From NCBI GenBank assembly GCA_037143175.1, contig JBAWZF010000006.1, forward strand, positions 3,414 through 67,413: DNA of 64,000 nucleotides. Direction: 5' to 3'. How positions within the stretch are numbered: the stretch's first letter is position 1; each line of letters starts with the position of its first letter. A model generated the notes under the pieces. The model worked only from the letters and a program-made list of their open reading frames with translations. It ran no database searches and was not told the DNA's origin. This DNA comes from a bacterium. Its GTDB lineage: Bacteria > Verrucomicrobiota > Kiritimatiellia > CAIKKV01 > CAITUY01. Positions 1 through 9,307 of this stretch are shown piece by piece. The position numbers and the translations under genes are program-made.

Positions 1-874
1 CCAGGCCGGCCATATCAGCGGCGTTTTGAGCATCGCGTTTTTTAATGGCATCCTGTATGGCGGTGATTTCATCCCGAATGCCCATCCGGACAAAATCCTG
101 CTCAACTTCGGCGTTACGTTTTTTGGCCGCTAGTTTTTCATCTTCCGCCGCCTTCTGCGCAGCATACTCAGCTTTGGAGGATTCCTCCCAAGCCTTATTC
201 ATTTCATCGAGCGCATCCTGATAATCAGACTTCATTTCCTCGAGCATGATCTTGCGTTCTTTCTGCTCATCCAATGAAATGCCCGAAGCTCTTGATGTGC
301 GCTCAAGTGTTTCTATGCCGGATTCCAGGTAATTCACCTTTTCACCCGGAGACATGCGCTTCATCTTCGCCTTTTCCCGGATGTCGAAAACCTTTGCCCC
401 TATTTCAACGGCGGATTGTATTTCGGCCTCTTGTTGAAGGCGCTTAGCCCGGAGGGACTTATAGAACTTATCCCAGGCATACCCGGCCACCACGGCGGCC
501 CGGTTCCATGCGGCGGCCACCTTGTCAGATATGCCAAACATATCATCGAGAGCCTTTCCGGCCTTCCACCCAGCAGCCAGTGCCGTCGCGATCCCGCCCC
601 CCCATATCAACGCCTTGCCGGTCATACTTTTCATTCCAGCACCCATTCGGGCCTGCATATCCTCAATCGCTCCGGAGAAGTCCCCACGGATGGCCTTGCC
701 GAAAGCCTCCATGAATCCTTTGCCTTGCATTGATTTGTCAGCGCCAGGCTTTCCCCCGAAGAGCCCACCGTCTGAGTTAAGGGTGTTATTGATCCGCCTG
801 GCGCGCGCTTTTGCGTCCTGTTCTACTTGGTCCCATCCTTTGCCGGTGGAGTTCTTCCCGACAATCTCCATTTC
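1..874 (-). CDS. phage structural protein, C-terminally truncated by the window edge; possible tape-measure or minor tail protein N-terminal part (Gly/Ala-rich, coiled-coil)
   Basis: A continuous minus-strand reading frame runs from an ATG at 872-874 (MEMEIVGKNSTGKGW...) to the window edge with no stop. The composition (GGGIATALAAGWKAGK, long helical Lys/Glu/Ala stretches) is typical of tape-measure-type proteins. It lies in a block of phage-like genes. Confidence 0.35.
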
Positions 875-881
875 CATTCGT

Positions 882-1616
882 TCACCCATGGGTTGCCTCC
901 TTTGCTTCGATCAGTTCACGCTCAATCTGGGCCATGATGGACCGGAACGCCACCCCCATGGTGATGTCACGCCCCGTCACGCCTTCCTCATTCTCCCCGT
1001 CAACCGGGCGGGCCATGGCACTGCAGGCGAAATCAAAGGAAACCTGGAAGGCCCAATAATCTGGCATGGTTCCCGGATACTTGGCGCAAAGGGCCAGAAT
1101 GAACGCTCCAAATTCGACCTGATAGGCTCGCTCTTGCGCCTCGGCAATTCTAGGCACGATGGCATCAACTTCAACCATTTCTGAATCTCGCCCTATAAAC
1201 GTATTCAGAACCGCCGAAACTGCCGCTTCAGACGCCGTAATGTGTTTTCGCCATTCACGGACTGCCCGAATAATTTCCCGCCGTTCCGTAAGCCTGGAAA
1301 GCGCGGCCCGATCTTTCGCATGTGCGCACGCGAAGGCTTGAACGAAAGTTTGATTTTGCAGATCCTCATCAAGCATCCGCATCCACTCCATGGCCCCAAT
1401 TGAAAAAGGGTAGAGGGAAACCCCGCCGCATGGAATTGGCCAATCAATTAATTCAGCAATGCGCCTGTCATTTTTACGGCGCATCCGTAAGGCGGCATCC
1501 TGAATCCACAGGACATGGGCGGGTGTGGGGTTTAGTCCCTTTGCCTCAAGGGACTTAATGGCGGCGGCGGCCATTGGATGAAGTTTCGGCTTCTCTGTCA
1601 TTATCGTGTTGCTCAT
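882..1616 (-). CDS. hypothetical phage protein
   Basis: 244-aa minus-strand ORF packed head to tail with its neighbours (4-nt overlap with the next gene). No recognisable motif. Confidence 0.45.
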   Translation of the reverse strand: MSNTIMTEKPKLHPMAAAAIKSLEAKGLNPTPAHVLWIQDAALRMRRKNDRRIAELIDWPIPCGGVSLYPFSIGAMEWMRMLDEDLQNQTFVQAFACAHAKDRAALSRLTERREIIRAVREWRKHITASEAAVSAVLNTFIGRDSEMVEVDAIVPRIAEAQERAYQVEFGAFILALCAKYPGTMPDYWAFQVSFDFACSAMARPVDGENEEGVTGRDITMGVAFRSIMAQIERELIEAKEATHG

Positions 1617-2347
1617 TTTTTAACCATCCTTTTCAATGCATTCTTTGTTTCACTTCTCAACATGTTTCGGGCACGTTCCAGTGCGGACGACACGTCTTTC
1701 TTTCCCCCTTGCAGGGATGAAATTATGTATCCGAGCTCATTAACCATTTTAATAAAAAGCCTTGTTGATCCTGCGCTTTGGGTTGACTCTTTAGCCACAT
1801 TAGTCACACCAGTAATTTCTCTCTGTTTGGCGATCCCTGAGGCCGCGCCGCTTCCAAGTTTTCCCATCATCCAGGTGAAAGACGATCGCGCTAGACCCTG
1901 CTTCTTGATGATTAGTTTTTTGCTTTTTTCGGCTTCTGATACCTTCTCTACTCCGTGCATGGGGAAAAGTTTGTATTCACCGGCGAATCGACGTTTTATT
2001 GCCGCAAATTTAAAGTCTTCGCTTCTCTCGGCTTTCGATGTGTACTGTGATGGATGCAAGGTTCTGCCCGTCTTTTTTTTCGGTGCGCCGTGCTGCTTGT
2101 ACCAATCCTGAATATGATCCTGCATGCGGGTGTGCCGGAAGCGATTATCCATCGACATGGCCTTGGTTTCGTACAAATCCCGCTTCTTTGGAGAGACTTT
2201 TGCCGATGCTCGAAGGGCTACCAGTATCTTCATGCTGGTCTTAGTAAGCGTCTTTCGCATGTCCTCATTCAGGACCCTGGACCGGGCCTGTGCAGAGCGG
2301 CGCAGGCGGTCAAACGTTCCTGGCGAAAATTTAATGTTCATATTCAT
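1613..2347 (-). CDS. hypothetical phage protein, Lys-rich
   Basis: 244-aa ORF in the same co-oriented block. Start and stop overlap the flanking genes. Confidence 0.45.
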   Translation of the reverse strand: MNMNIKFSPGTFDRLRRSAQARSRVLNEDMRKTLTKTSMKILVALRASAKVSPKKRDLYETKAMSMDNRFRHTRMQDHIQDWYKQHGAPKKKTGRTLHPSQYTSKAERSEDFKFAAIKRRFAGEYKLFPMHGVEKVSEAEKSKKLIIKKQGLARSSFTWMMGKLGSGAASGIAKQREITGVTNVAKESTQSAGSTRLFIKMVNELGYIISSLQGGKKDVSSALERARNMLRSETKNALKRMVKK

Positions 2348-2399
2348 CTAAATATTCCTTCTCCGATTCCTGCCGGGGTGGGTTTCATCTGCCGTATAA

Positions 2400-3149
2400 T
2401 CAATCACCGTCTACCTCCCGGGCGTTCGAGCGCTTTCCCGATCTCGCACGCGGTCCACCACCAAGGCCCCAGCCTCCTGCAGGCATTGGCATGAAGATGT
2501 GAAGATCAGATTCATTCAGCAACGGCAACGCCTGGATGATCTTTCGTGCCGCCTTGTAGGTGTCTTTGTAGATGTCCCGGAAGGCGGAAACCGCTTTATC
2601 GGACACGTCGTTTACCATGCCGCTTTTAAGAGCATCATCCCCGGCCTCCGTAATCGAAAACATGACAAGGCCGTACTGGTCGGAATCCGCCGTAATCCAT
2701 CCATGTCCCAAGGCAAACAGAACCTCCGCCCGCACGCTGGGGGTCAAAACAATTGATAACCAAGGGCGGCCTTGCCACCATGCAGCCCGCTTTCGCGCCT
2801 TGTGCATAACCTCTATGACGCTGAATGCCCGATCTATCGAGCAATCCCAGCCAGTCAGCAGGCGCGCCAGGGCGTGCCCGTATGGCGTCAGGCGGATATG
2901 TTCCCGCCTCCGCTCATTCGGTGCCAGGACCATGCCGAAAGCGATCAGTGAGGAAAGGTCACGCTCCGCCTGTTTGGCCGTCCGTTCCGGATCCAGCAGA
3001 GTGGGACGCCAGGGGATCCCGTGAAGGTGGTAATCCTGAACATGTTGCGCCCGCCGGTTTGCCATGCTGTCGCCGCCAGGCGTTTCCCCTGGTTCAGGCA
3101 GGAGAAGGGCATCCATGTAGGCCAGGATTCTGGGTAAGATTTCAGTCAT
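2400..3149 (-). CDS. hypothetical phage protein
   Basis: 249-aa ORF co-oriented with the prophage block. Confidence 0.45.
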   Translation of the reverse strand: MTEILPRILAYMDALLLPEPGETPGGDSMANRRAQHVQDYHLHGIPWRPTLLDPERTAKQAERDLSSLIAFGMVLAPNERRREHIRLTPYGHALARLLTGWDCSIDRAFSVIEVMHKARKRAAWWQGRPWLSIVLTPSVRAEVLFALGHGWITADSDQYGLVMFSITEAGDDALKSGMVNDVSDKAVSAFRDIYKDTYKAARKIIQALPLLNESDLHIFMPMPAGGWGLGGGPRARSGKRSNAREVDGD

Positions 3150-3189
3150 AGACGTGTTTTTGTGTAAAAATTGAAAGTGTCACAGGTTA

Positions 3190-3675
3190 ACGCGATATAG
3201 GATGTCGAGGTCGCCTTGTGCAGTCTTGTGAATTTTTGCTCTGGAAGTACCTAAACCGGGGGAGGGGTCCCCCTGCCTTCCTGCGTGGGGCAGATGCCTC
3301 ATTGATAAAAAGGCTGCGCCATCGCACCATCGCACCCGCGAAGGTTAAAGGCAGTGGAGCACACCACTGGCGAAGGCGCAGCACACAAAGAAGAAGCCAA
3401 GGCAGCAAGCCCCCGCACCCGCGGGAGAGGAGCATAGGAGCCCGAAACCCATTTTGAGCACATCCTCTGGCCGCCGTGGCAAATTGAAACACTGTGAAAC
3501 GAAAGGCCCAGGTGACCGCTTCGCACCCGCGAAGGGAGACGGCGATTGAGCACACGCACGCCGGGCCACCTGGGCCACGCTCGAAAATAGAAACCCCGTT
3601 GCCAGCGTTGACGCCAACACTCGCTGGCGCCCTCTGAGGATTGAACGCTTTGTTTCTGCTGGCAACGGGGTAAAA
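3190..3675. other. about 490-bp GC-rich non-coding region inside the prophage. It has a repeated 15-bp palindromic motif (tcgcacccgcgaagg, at about 3331 and 3516) and a nested long inverted repeat (ccccgttgccagc ... gctggcaacgggg, 3596-3673).
   Basis: There is no consistent long frame (all six frames are broken and overlapping). Direct and inverted repeats are visible in the sequence. It lies between two co-oriented coding genes. Confidence 0.5.
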
Positions 3676-3677
3676 CA

Positions 3678-4313
3678 TCAACCCACCTCACGCATGAAAG
3701 CCGCACGCAACTCTTCCAGTAGTTCGACGCGCAATTCGTCGGACTCACGTGAATCCCAGCGGACAACATGCTCCGGGATAAGCGGACGCTTCATCTCTGA
3801 ATCGTAGACCTGGGCATTGAAGGCCTCGGCCTCTGCCTGTGTGGCCGTCTCGATTTCAACGGCGCGCGCGGCATCACTCAGGCCTTTGAATTGTTCAACC
3901 TTCTTCCGGGCCGCAGCGCGTGCCTTTTCAAGGGCGCCTTTGAGCGCTTCGACGTATGCCTGCCATTCCCGGCGCGCCGTATGCACAAGTGATTCCTGGT
4001 AGCCAAGGACCCGCAATCCCTCAATCGGTAGGCGCAACCGTTCCGCCCGCAGTTCCTCCGCCTTCCGGGTGGCGTCCGTGGCGCTGGCGAAAGTTCCCGG
4101 CATGATCCAACTTTGAACGCCGTTGCCAGTCACCCGGCCATTCCCTACCAGTCGATCAGCCGTTGACGCGGTCTCCCGAATGCGCCCCATGACGATGGCA
4201 TGTTCCTCCCGATCGGCGTTAAGCTGTGCCGCGTCACGATTTGTAGCCTCGATTTTGGTCTGCAGGGCCGCACTCATCCACCCGAGCGTGTTTTGTGTCC
4301 GTAACTTTTTCAT
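3678..4313 (-). CDS. hypothetical phage protein, helical/coiled-coil (scaffold-like)
   Basis: 211-aa ORF rich in Ala/Glu/Arg/Leu heptad-like stretches. Confidence 0.45.
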   Translation of the reverse strand: MKKLRTQNTLGWMSAALQTKIEATNRDAAQLNADREEHAIVMGRIRETASTADRLVGNGRVTGNGVQSWIMPGTFASATDATRKAEELRAERLRLPIEGLRVLGYQESLVHTARREWQAYVEALKGALEKARAAARKKVEQFKGLSDAARAVEIETATQAEAEAFNAQVYDSEMKRPLIPEHVVRWDSRESDELRVELLEELRAAFMREVG

Positions 4314-4512
4314 GTTCCACTTTCCGCCTTGTTAGGCTGTTGCTGTTCACCCGGCCGCACCTTGCGCCCGGAAATTCCTTTTCTCCCCCATGTATCGTGC
4401 CAGTCTGCCCGATTGGGTGAGCCCTTCTTTTCCCGGCGCTCCGGAGAAGGCCCCGTCCATCCCTTCCAGCCAGGAACCGGGACGGCCGCTTGCTCAAAGT
4501 CGGGCATCATGG

Positions 4513-5100
4513 TCAAAGCCCTGCCAACTGCATGGCCTTGCGCACCTCTTTCCGCACAACGGATTCCCGGGGCGTTCCCAGCGCATTAATAAGCCGGTCA
4601 CTGAGTTCGTTGAGCTTCGCCTGTTCCTCTGCCGTGTAGTTCCGGACCGGGGCGGATGTTTGCGAATGTGTAGACTGAGCGGCGGATTGCGGCTTGATGC
4701 CAGCGGGGGCAGTCACGGCCTTAAACTGCAATTCCAGTTCCACAAGCTCCGCTTCGATCCGCCGGGCCTCATCCGCGCCCCAGAAAGTGGCCTGGGCTTC
4801 CTGGAGTTGTCCCAGCAGTGTGATTTTCTTCGTTTGGATTGCAACCGCGTTTTGGAGGTTCTTCAATTCCCCCTCGATCGATCCTAACCTTTCGGTATGC
4901 TGCTTGATGGCCTGTTCCCGAGTCAGGTCCACCGGCTTTTCATGGACGGCGCAGGCCGCCGGCGGATTCTCTTCATCATCGTTGATTAGGCGGGGCGTTG
5001 AGGATAACCAGGAAGGCTTTTTGAATAGTTTTTCCCTGAGCGCCTGCAAAGAATAGGTTTTTGAATTTTTCTGCATCCGTTCAAATCTCGATTCGGTCAT
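4513..5100 (-). CDS. hypothetical coiled-coil protein
   Basis: 195-aa ORF whose stop overlaps the downstream gene. Coiled-coil composition. Confidence 0.45.
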   Translation of the reverse strand: MTESRFERMQKNSKTYSLQALREKLFKKPSWLSSTPRLINDDEENPPAACAVHEKPVDLTREQAIKQHTERLGSIEGELKNLQNAVAIQTKKITLLGQLQEAQATFWGADEARRIEAELVELELQFKAVTAPAGIKPQSAAQSTHSQTSAPVRNYTAEEQAKLNELSDRLINALGTPRESVVRKEVRKAMQLAGL

Positions 5101-5402
5101 TTGATCCTCAATTTCTGTTCATCAAACGACATGATGCCGCCTGAAATGGTTTCTGTTTTTCCTTCGCCCCAAACATCGAAATTCAAGGCTGGTGTAGGAA
5201 CCGGCCTGTATACTTGCCCGCCATGCCGGACCGGCAGCCGTGCTTTGTCGGCTAGGAGCTGCAGCACGCGCGGCACGGCCATCACTACGGCTTCCGGCGC
5301 CGGGTGCCCGATGACTTCAATGTCTACCCTGTTGGCTCCAGGGGTGAGCCGCGCCGTGATTCCGGAGCCAGGCGTCAAGGTGGTAGAGGCTTCGAAGGTC
5401 AT
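5097..5402 (-). CDS. small hypothetical protein, tandem paralog A (LADKARLPVR motif)
   Basis: Start moved to MTFEAST (GGAGG ribosome-binding site upstream). It shares ...LADKARLPVRhgGqVYrPVp... with the adjacent ORF. Confidence 0.4.
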   Translation of the reverse strand: MTFEASTTLTPGSGITARLTPGANRVDIEVIGHPAPEAVVMAVPRVLQLLADKARLPVRHGGQVYRPVPTPALNFDVWGEGKTETISGGIMSFDEQKLRIK

Positions 5403-5650
5403 GTTTCCTCCTCTGGCTGGTGGTGGTCGCTTTGTGCCACCGGGTAATACACCGCACCTTTCCAGCGTACCGGCAACCGGGCCTTGTCCGCCAAGTTCTG
5501 CATCAGGGCAGGGACAGCGGCGTCCAATTCGTTTACATCGGCGCCGCCGCGGCACTCGATCAATGGGCGGTCATGCTTTGTGTCCAGGGTGGCAATGAGG
5601 GACCGTCCGGGGGCAAGTGTCTTTGTTGATTTGAAGATCATAACGCGCAT
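5399..5650 (-). CDS. small hypothetical protein, tandem paralog B (LADKARLPVR motif)
   Basis: 83-aa ORF. It overlaps the start of paralog A by 4 nt (ATGA), suggesting translational coupling. Sequence similarity to paralog A is visible by eye. Confidence 0.4.
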   Translation of the reverse strand: MRVMIFKSTKTLAPGRSLIATLDTKHDRPLIECRGGADVNELDAAVPALMQNLADKARLPVRWKGAVYYPVAQSDHHQPEEET

Positions 5651-5979
5651 CCCTTCAGGTACTCCCTGATTTTTCCCTCTGATTTGTCGCAGGATGAAAG
5701 CGCCTTGCGGGCCTCATCCAGGATAACCAGCGCGTGGTAACTGCTTGTGTCCGCCCTTGAACGGAGAGATTCAAGTGTTCGCCGGGCTTTCGTGAAATCC
5801 TGGTCATCCAAGAAAAACTTACGCATCGACTCGAATACCTCCGCGCGGATCCTGGCTATCTCCGGCACCTCCCCGCCCTCCGTGAACTGAAATTCAGGGG
5901 GCCGGGGAAGATTGCAGGCCGTGACATTCGGGCTTTTTGATGTCGTTACGATGATGTCGTTTGTGGTGTTGCGTTTCAT
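5638..5979 (-). CDS. hypothetical protein
   Basis: 113-aa ORF in the co-oriented block. Its start overlaps the stop of the upstream gene. Confidence 0.4.
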   Translation of the reverse strand: MKRNTTNDIIVTTSKSPNVTACNLPRPPEFQFTEGGEVPEIARIRAEVFESMRKFFLDDQDFTKARRTLESLRSRADTSSYHALVILDEARKALSSCDKSEGKIREYLKGCAL

Positions 5980-7016
5980 GATGTACCTTTGCCTGCCTGG
6001 CGCTTTCGCTTAACGATGTCGAGGGCGTTGTCTATCACGCTCATGCCGTCCTGTTTTGGGATGTCCTTGGTTTTGTCCCGCCAGGTTCGCAGCACGCGCT
6101 GGAATGCCTGATCGTCTTCCCGATGGTTCCAAAGGTCCCGCGCGACCTCCGGGACCAAGTCGTCGTAATTCTTTGCCCTGGGGGCGCTGGGTGTAGAGGC
6201 TGGCGTGATCCCGTGCGCCTTGGCGAATGACGGTTCCCGTACCTTCCAGTTTCGCAGGAGTGATTTAAGGGCGCTGATGGTTCTGCCGGCTTCGTTGCCG
6301 TTGCTATCGACCCAACCTTTAGCGGCGTAGTGGTCAAAACATTTTCGGGCCATGTCCTGGGTGACTGCCACGTCGGGGGATGCTGCTATTTCTAGTACCT
6401 TCCCTAGGTCCCAGCCGTCGTCAGAAAAAGGTGTGCGCGCGGCGGCCCCCTCTCCCTCTTTCCTTTTTTCCCCTTCTTCCCCTTCTTTAATTCTTGTTAG
6501 TCGTTGTTGGCCCGTTGTTCGTCCGTCGTTGGTCCGTCGTTGGCCCGTTGTTGGGGTGTCGTTTTGTCCGTTGTTGTGGGTGGTGTTTGCGTCAAAAATC
6601 ACCGTGTTTATTAAGCGCGCTATGGTTCCTTTGTTCGTTGTCCTGCACGTAATGAAACCCCAAGCGGCAAGCCTTTGCTTAGTGGCCCGGTACTCGCCTT
6701 CAGTAAATCCGCAAGCGTCATAGTCTCCGATCAATGATTCCCCTGGCTTCAGGTTGTGTAGGGAAAACCCGCCTTCACGTCGTGCGCGATAGGCAATCAG
6801 GGCAAGAAGTGTGAAGGCCTTGGGATCTTTCATCAGTTCGACTGTCGCCTCCCCTCGCATTAGTTTCAGGAATCCGGAAGAGGATCCGCCACCGGCCCCA
6901 GCGCCAGAACCGCCCGGTAATGGCGAGGGGTTATCGGTGGCGGAAGGTGTTGGGCGGTTCGAGAGAGGCATTTTAGGCAACGCCTCCAACCCGGAAGCGG
7001 GCAAGCGCCTTGTCAA
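5976..7016 (-). CDS. putative phage replication/DNA-binding protein (N-terminal winged-helix-like domain, low-complexity TTGQ/RRT linker, C-terminal domain)
   Basis: 346-aa ORF. N-terminal ...KDPKAFTLLALIAYRARREGGFSLHNLKPGESLIGDYDACGFTEGEYRATKQRLAAWGFI... resembles replication-initiator/DnaD-like winged-helix domains. The central linker is encoded by imperfect tandem DNA repeats (6465-6565). Confidence 0.4.
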   Translation of the reverse strand: MTRRLPASGLEALPKMPLSNRPTPSATDNPSPLPGGSGAGAGGGSSSGFLKLMRGEATVELMKDPKAFTLLALIAYRARREGGFSLHNLKPGESLIGDYDACGFTEGEYRATKQRLAAWGFITCRTTNKGTIARLINTVIFDANTTHNNGQNDTPTTGQRRTNDGRTTGQQRLTRIKEGEEGEKRKEGEGAAARTPFSDDGWDLGKVLEIAASPDVAVTQDMARKCFDHYAAKGWVDSNGNEAGRTISALKSLLRNWKVREPSFAKAHGITPASTPSAPRAKNYDDLVPEVARDLWNHREDDQAFQRVLRTWRDKTKDIPKQDGMSVIDNALDIVKRKRQAGKGTS

Positions 7017-7188
7017 CGTCTATGGCCTTGATTAGCAGTGTCCGGCGTGTTGGGGCGAAGGCCGGAATGATCCGGCGCTTTATCCAGTCCCGGAGGGTGG
7101 CGTCACAGACGCCGAACCGGGCTGCCGCCTGGGGTACCCGCAAGTATTCCGGCGCTGGCGTTTGGGTTGTGGGTTCAATGGTTTTCAT
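6973..7188 (-). CDS. xis: excisionase/AlpA-family HTH DNA-binding protein
   Basis: Start trimmed to MKTIEPTT. ...YLRVPQAAARFGVCDATLRDWIKRRIIPAFAPTRRTLLIKAIDVDKAL matches the Xis/AlpA-type HTH. It sits beside the repressor and integrase. Confidence 0.6.
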   Translation of the reverse strand: MKTIEPTTQTPAPEYLRVPQAAARFGVCDATLRDWIKRRIIPAFAPTRRTLLIKAIDVDKALARFRVGGVA

Positions 7189-7195
7189 GGTGTAC

Positions 7196-7393
7196 CTACT
7201 GGGTGAAAAGCTCGAATGCCGGTTTACCCAGGACGGTGGCGATCTTGGCTTTGAGGTCCGGCGCTGGTGTGAGCCGTCCGGTCTCGATTTTTGAAATAAC
7301 CGTCTCTGAGCAACCGGCGCGCTTTGCCAGGTCAAACTGATTCAACCCGGCCGCCGTCCTTGCGACTTTCAATCTATGCACGTTGTTTGTCAT
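7196..7393 (-). CDS. XRE-family (Cro/CI-type) HTH transcriptional regulator
   Basis: 65 aa: LNQFDLAKRAGCSETVISKIETGRLTPAPDLKAKIATVLG is a canonical HTH_XRE motif. Confidence 0.8.
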   Translation of the reverse strand: MTNNVHRLKVARTAAGLNQFDLAKRAGCSETVISKIETGRLTPAPDLKAKIATVLGKPAFELFTQ

Positions 7394-7623
7394 CCTGCCA
7401 CCTCCTCTTTTTTTCTTCCGCCACCAGGCCTAAAAAAAGGCCCGCTTCTCTGTGCTGACTGGAACGTCGCACAAGAATGCGGGCGGATGAAAGGGGCGAA
7501 GTCTGCCACATATATAAGCGGCAGAATTTCGGCAAGAGCCTATAAAACAAGGGAAATGAGGGGAGAAAGCGGCTCAATCAGGAAAGCATTTGAGCGCGCG
7601 AAATCGTTACGACCAAAAAAGAA

Positions 7624-7938
7624 TCACGGCGGCGTTGTGGTAGTGGTAATGGTGTATTCACCGGGGTGCATCCGTCCGCGAATGCGGTGGACTGTCCTGA
7701 TGCTTACTCCCGTTAGCCGGTGAATCTCTTTATTCGTTGTCCCGGGATTCGCCTCGTGACAATCGCAAACCTTCTGATATGCGGTGTCCGACTGTTTCCA
7801 TTTTCCGCGCTTCACATTGCGAAGGCGTTTAAGTTCACGCTGTAGGATTCGTTTGTCGGCAAGCGAAACCTCTATGATGGTAATCCCATCCCCGCGCGGG
7901 GTGGATTTAGCTGGGCTTTTCTTGGTGTCTTTTTTCAT
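7624..7938 (-). CDS. small basic HTH DNA-binding protein
   Basis: Start chosen at MKKDTKK (GGAGGTGA ribosome-binding site). C-terminal NKEIHRLTGVSIRTVHRIRGR is HTH-like. Confidence 0.45.
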   Translation of the reverse strand: MKKDTKKSPAKSTPRGDGITIIEVSLADKRILQRELKRLRNVKRGKWKQSDTAYQKVCDCHEANPGTTNKEIHRLTGVSIRTVHRIRGRMHPGEYTITTTTTPP

Positions 7939-8084
7939 CGTCTCACCTCCGTGTAAGGTGCCCGCCGATCCTGGTACACGGCCAGGACCGGCAGGGCTTC
8001 CCCGCTTCATGAGGGCGGGGCGAAATCATCATGCGGTTTTCGTATTCGTGCTGTCAATCGTGGGGTGCTGTAGAGCGCTTGGTT

Positions 8085-8501
8085 TCAAATGCTGGGGCCT
8101 TCCGCATCCCTTCTTTGTTGGCTAAGCCTTTCTGCCTTTTGGCGAATCCACGCAACCTCTGCCTTCACCTTTTCAATGTGCTTCCGCATGGCTTCAATAT
8201 CGACGGAATAAAGGCCCTCCGCGTTCCTGTGCATCATGAATTTGGTTGTCTCACAATCGATTCCCCGTGCCTTTTCACGCTCATGTATTCTGTCCATTAT
8301 CTGTTCGGCATCGGCGGTGCTGGTAAACTCCATGGTTGCGAAAAATGAATGCAGCCAGGTTAAGCCTCTTTCGGGATGTGAAAACCTCCCCATGATTTCC
8401 TGTTCAATAATCCTGGTTGCCAGGTCGCTGGGTTCTAATCCCAAAATGAAAGCGGCCTCTTCCAGCACCTCTACCGTCAGACTGTTAAGCGGGATTTCCA
8501 T
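8085..8501 (-). CDS. hypothetical protein (prophage accessory region)
   Basis: Start chosen at MEIPLNS. No motif recognised. Confidence 0.4.
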   Translation of the reverse strand: MEIPLNSLTVEVLEEAAFILGLEPSDLATRIIEQEIMGRFSHPERGLTWLHSFFATMEFTSTADAEQIMDRIHEREKARGIDCETTKFMMHRNAEGLYSVDIEAMRKHIEKVKAEVAWIRQKAERLSQQRRDAEGPSI

Positions 8502-8679
8502 TTCAGCACCCTTTCTTTCCGGCCTGTTCAAGCTGAAGGCGCCGCGCCAGGCTATTTACATCCTGAATGATCCCGGCGGCCTGCAGGAGGGCGCTGGGTT
8601 TCATGGGGACAATCTCAACCACGAAGTTGAAGACGGGCTTCTTTGATTTCTGCTTCATAATTGCCTTTCTGGTTTGATG

Positions 8680-8958
8680 TTACAATGGGGGTGAAAAGTT
8701 CCTCTTCACAAGCAATGCTTCAAGATCAGCCTCGAAGGCGTCCGGCTCTTCAAGGCGCACCTTCAATCCCTTGAGTGTATCGGCTTGAATCGGGCCGTGC
8801 TTCACAATGGCCTCAGCTACTGCCTGAATGGCATAGAGGGCAATCGTTCGTTCGGGTGACATTGTATCAAGCCATCCGTATGGCTCTGCATTGCAGACGG
8901 TCTTGGCGGCCTCCTCCAAGGCCTTGGCGGTCCCTGCATCAAGTGTGAGTGTCTTCAT
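8680..8958 (-). CDS. hypothetical protein
   Basis: 92-aa ORF overlapping the upstream gene by 4 nt. Confidence 0.35.
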   Translation of the reverse strand: MKTLTLDAGTAKALEEAAKTVCNAEPYGWLDTMSPERTIALYAIQAVAEAIVKHGPIQADTLKGLKVRLEEPDAFEADLEALLVKRNFSPPL

Positions 8959-9248
8959 GCCCGCTTCCTCCCGGATCCGGCCGCATGGATAAACTTGAAA
9001 TCGGGTTCATTCGTTTCCTGAAGCAACTCCCGGAAGCAATCGCCAGCCCAGCAGTCACCGCTGCCACATTTCAGCATCACCAGGGCGGCCACCGTAAGGG
9101 CATCCTCCGGGGTGATGTCGTGCTCCCTTGAAAGCCGCTCAAGGTTGTCAGCCGCCTTTCTGTTCAACTTCACCAGATAGGCCGGGCCGTGAATGGGCAC
9201 CGCGTGCGCGTGCAGCATCCCATCCGAGTCAGTTAGCTTGTTTTCCAT
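8955..9248 (-). CDS. hypothetical protein
   Basis: 97-aa ORF, co-oriented. Confidence 0.35.
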   Translation of the reverse strand: MENKLTDSDGMLHAHAVPIHGPAYLVKLNRKAADNLERLSREHDITPEDALTVAALVMLKCGSGDCWAGDCFRELLQETNEPDFKFIHAAGSGRKRA

Positions 9249-9307
9249 CGCGTGTTTCTCCTGGTAGGGTGTCCCGGCCAGGGCGATCCCGGCCGGGGCG
9301 ATTTCAA

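Noticed and set aside
416-1184. Plus-strand ORFs (416..733, 508..714, 522..1184) in the prophage
   Set aside because: They overlap each other in different frames and are antisense to a continuous minus-strand gene. Pro/Arg/Ser-rich nonsense composition.
3187-3769. ORFs 3187..3681, 3299..3769, 3345..3665 (minus) and 3218..3457 (plus)
   Set aside because: Mutually overlapping frames across a GC-rich repeat-containing region. The composition is Arg/Cys/Pro-heavy. More consistent with non-coding DNA.
6352-6723. Plus-strand ORF across the tandem-repeat tract
   Set aside because: It is generated by the repeat periodicity in the opposite strand of the Rep-like gene. Low-complexity Pro/Ser/Val sequence.
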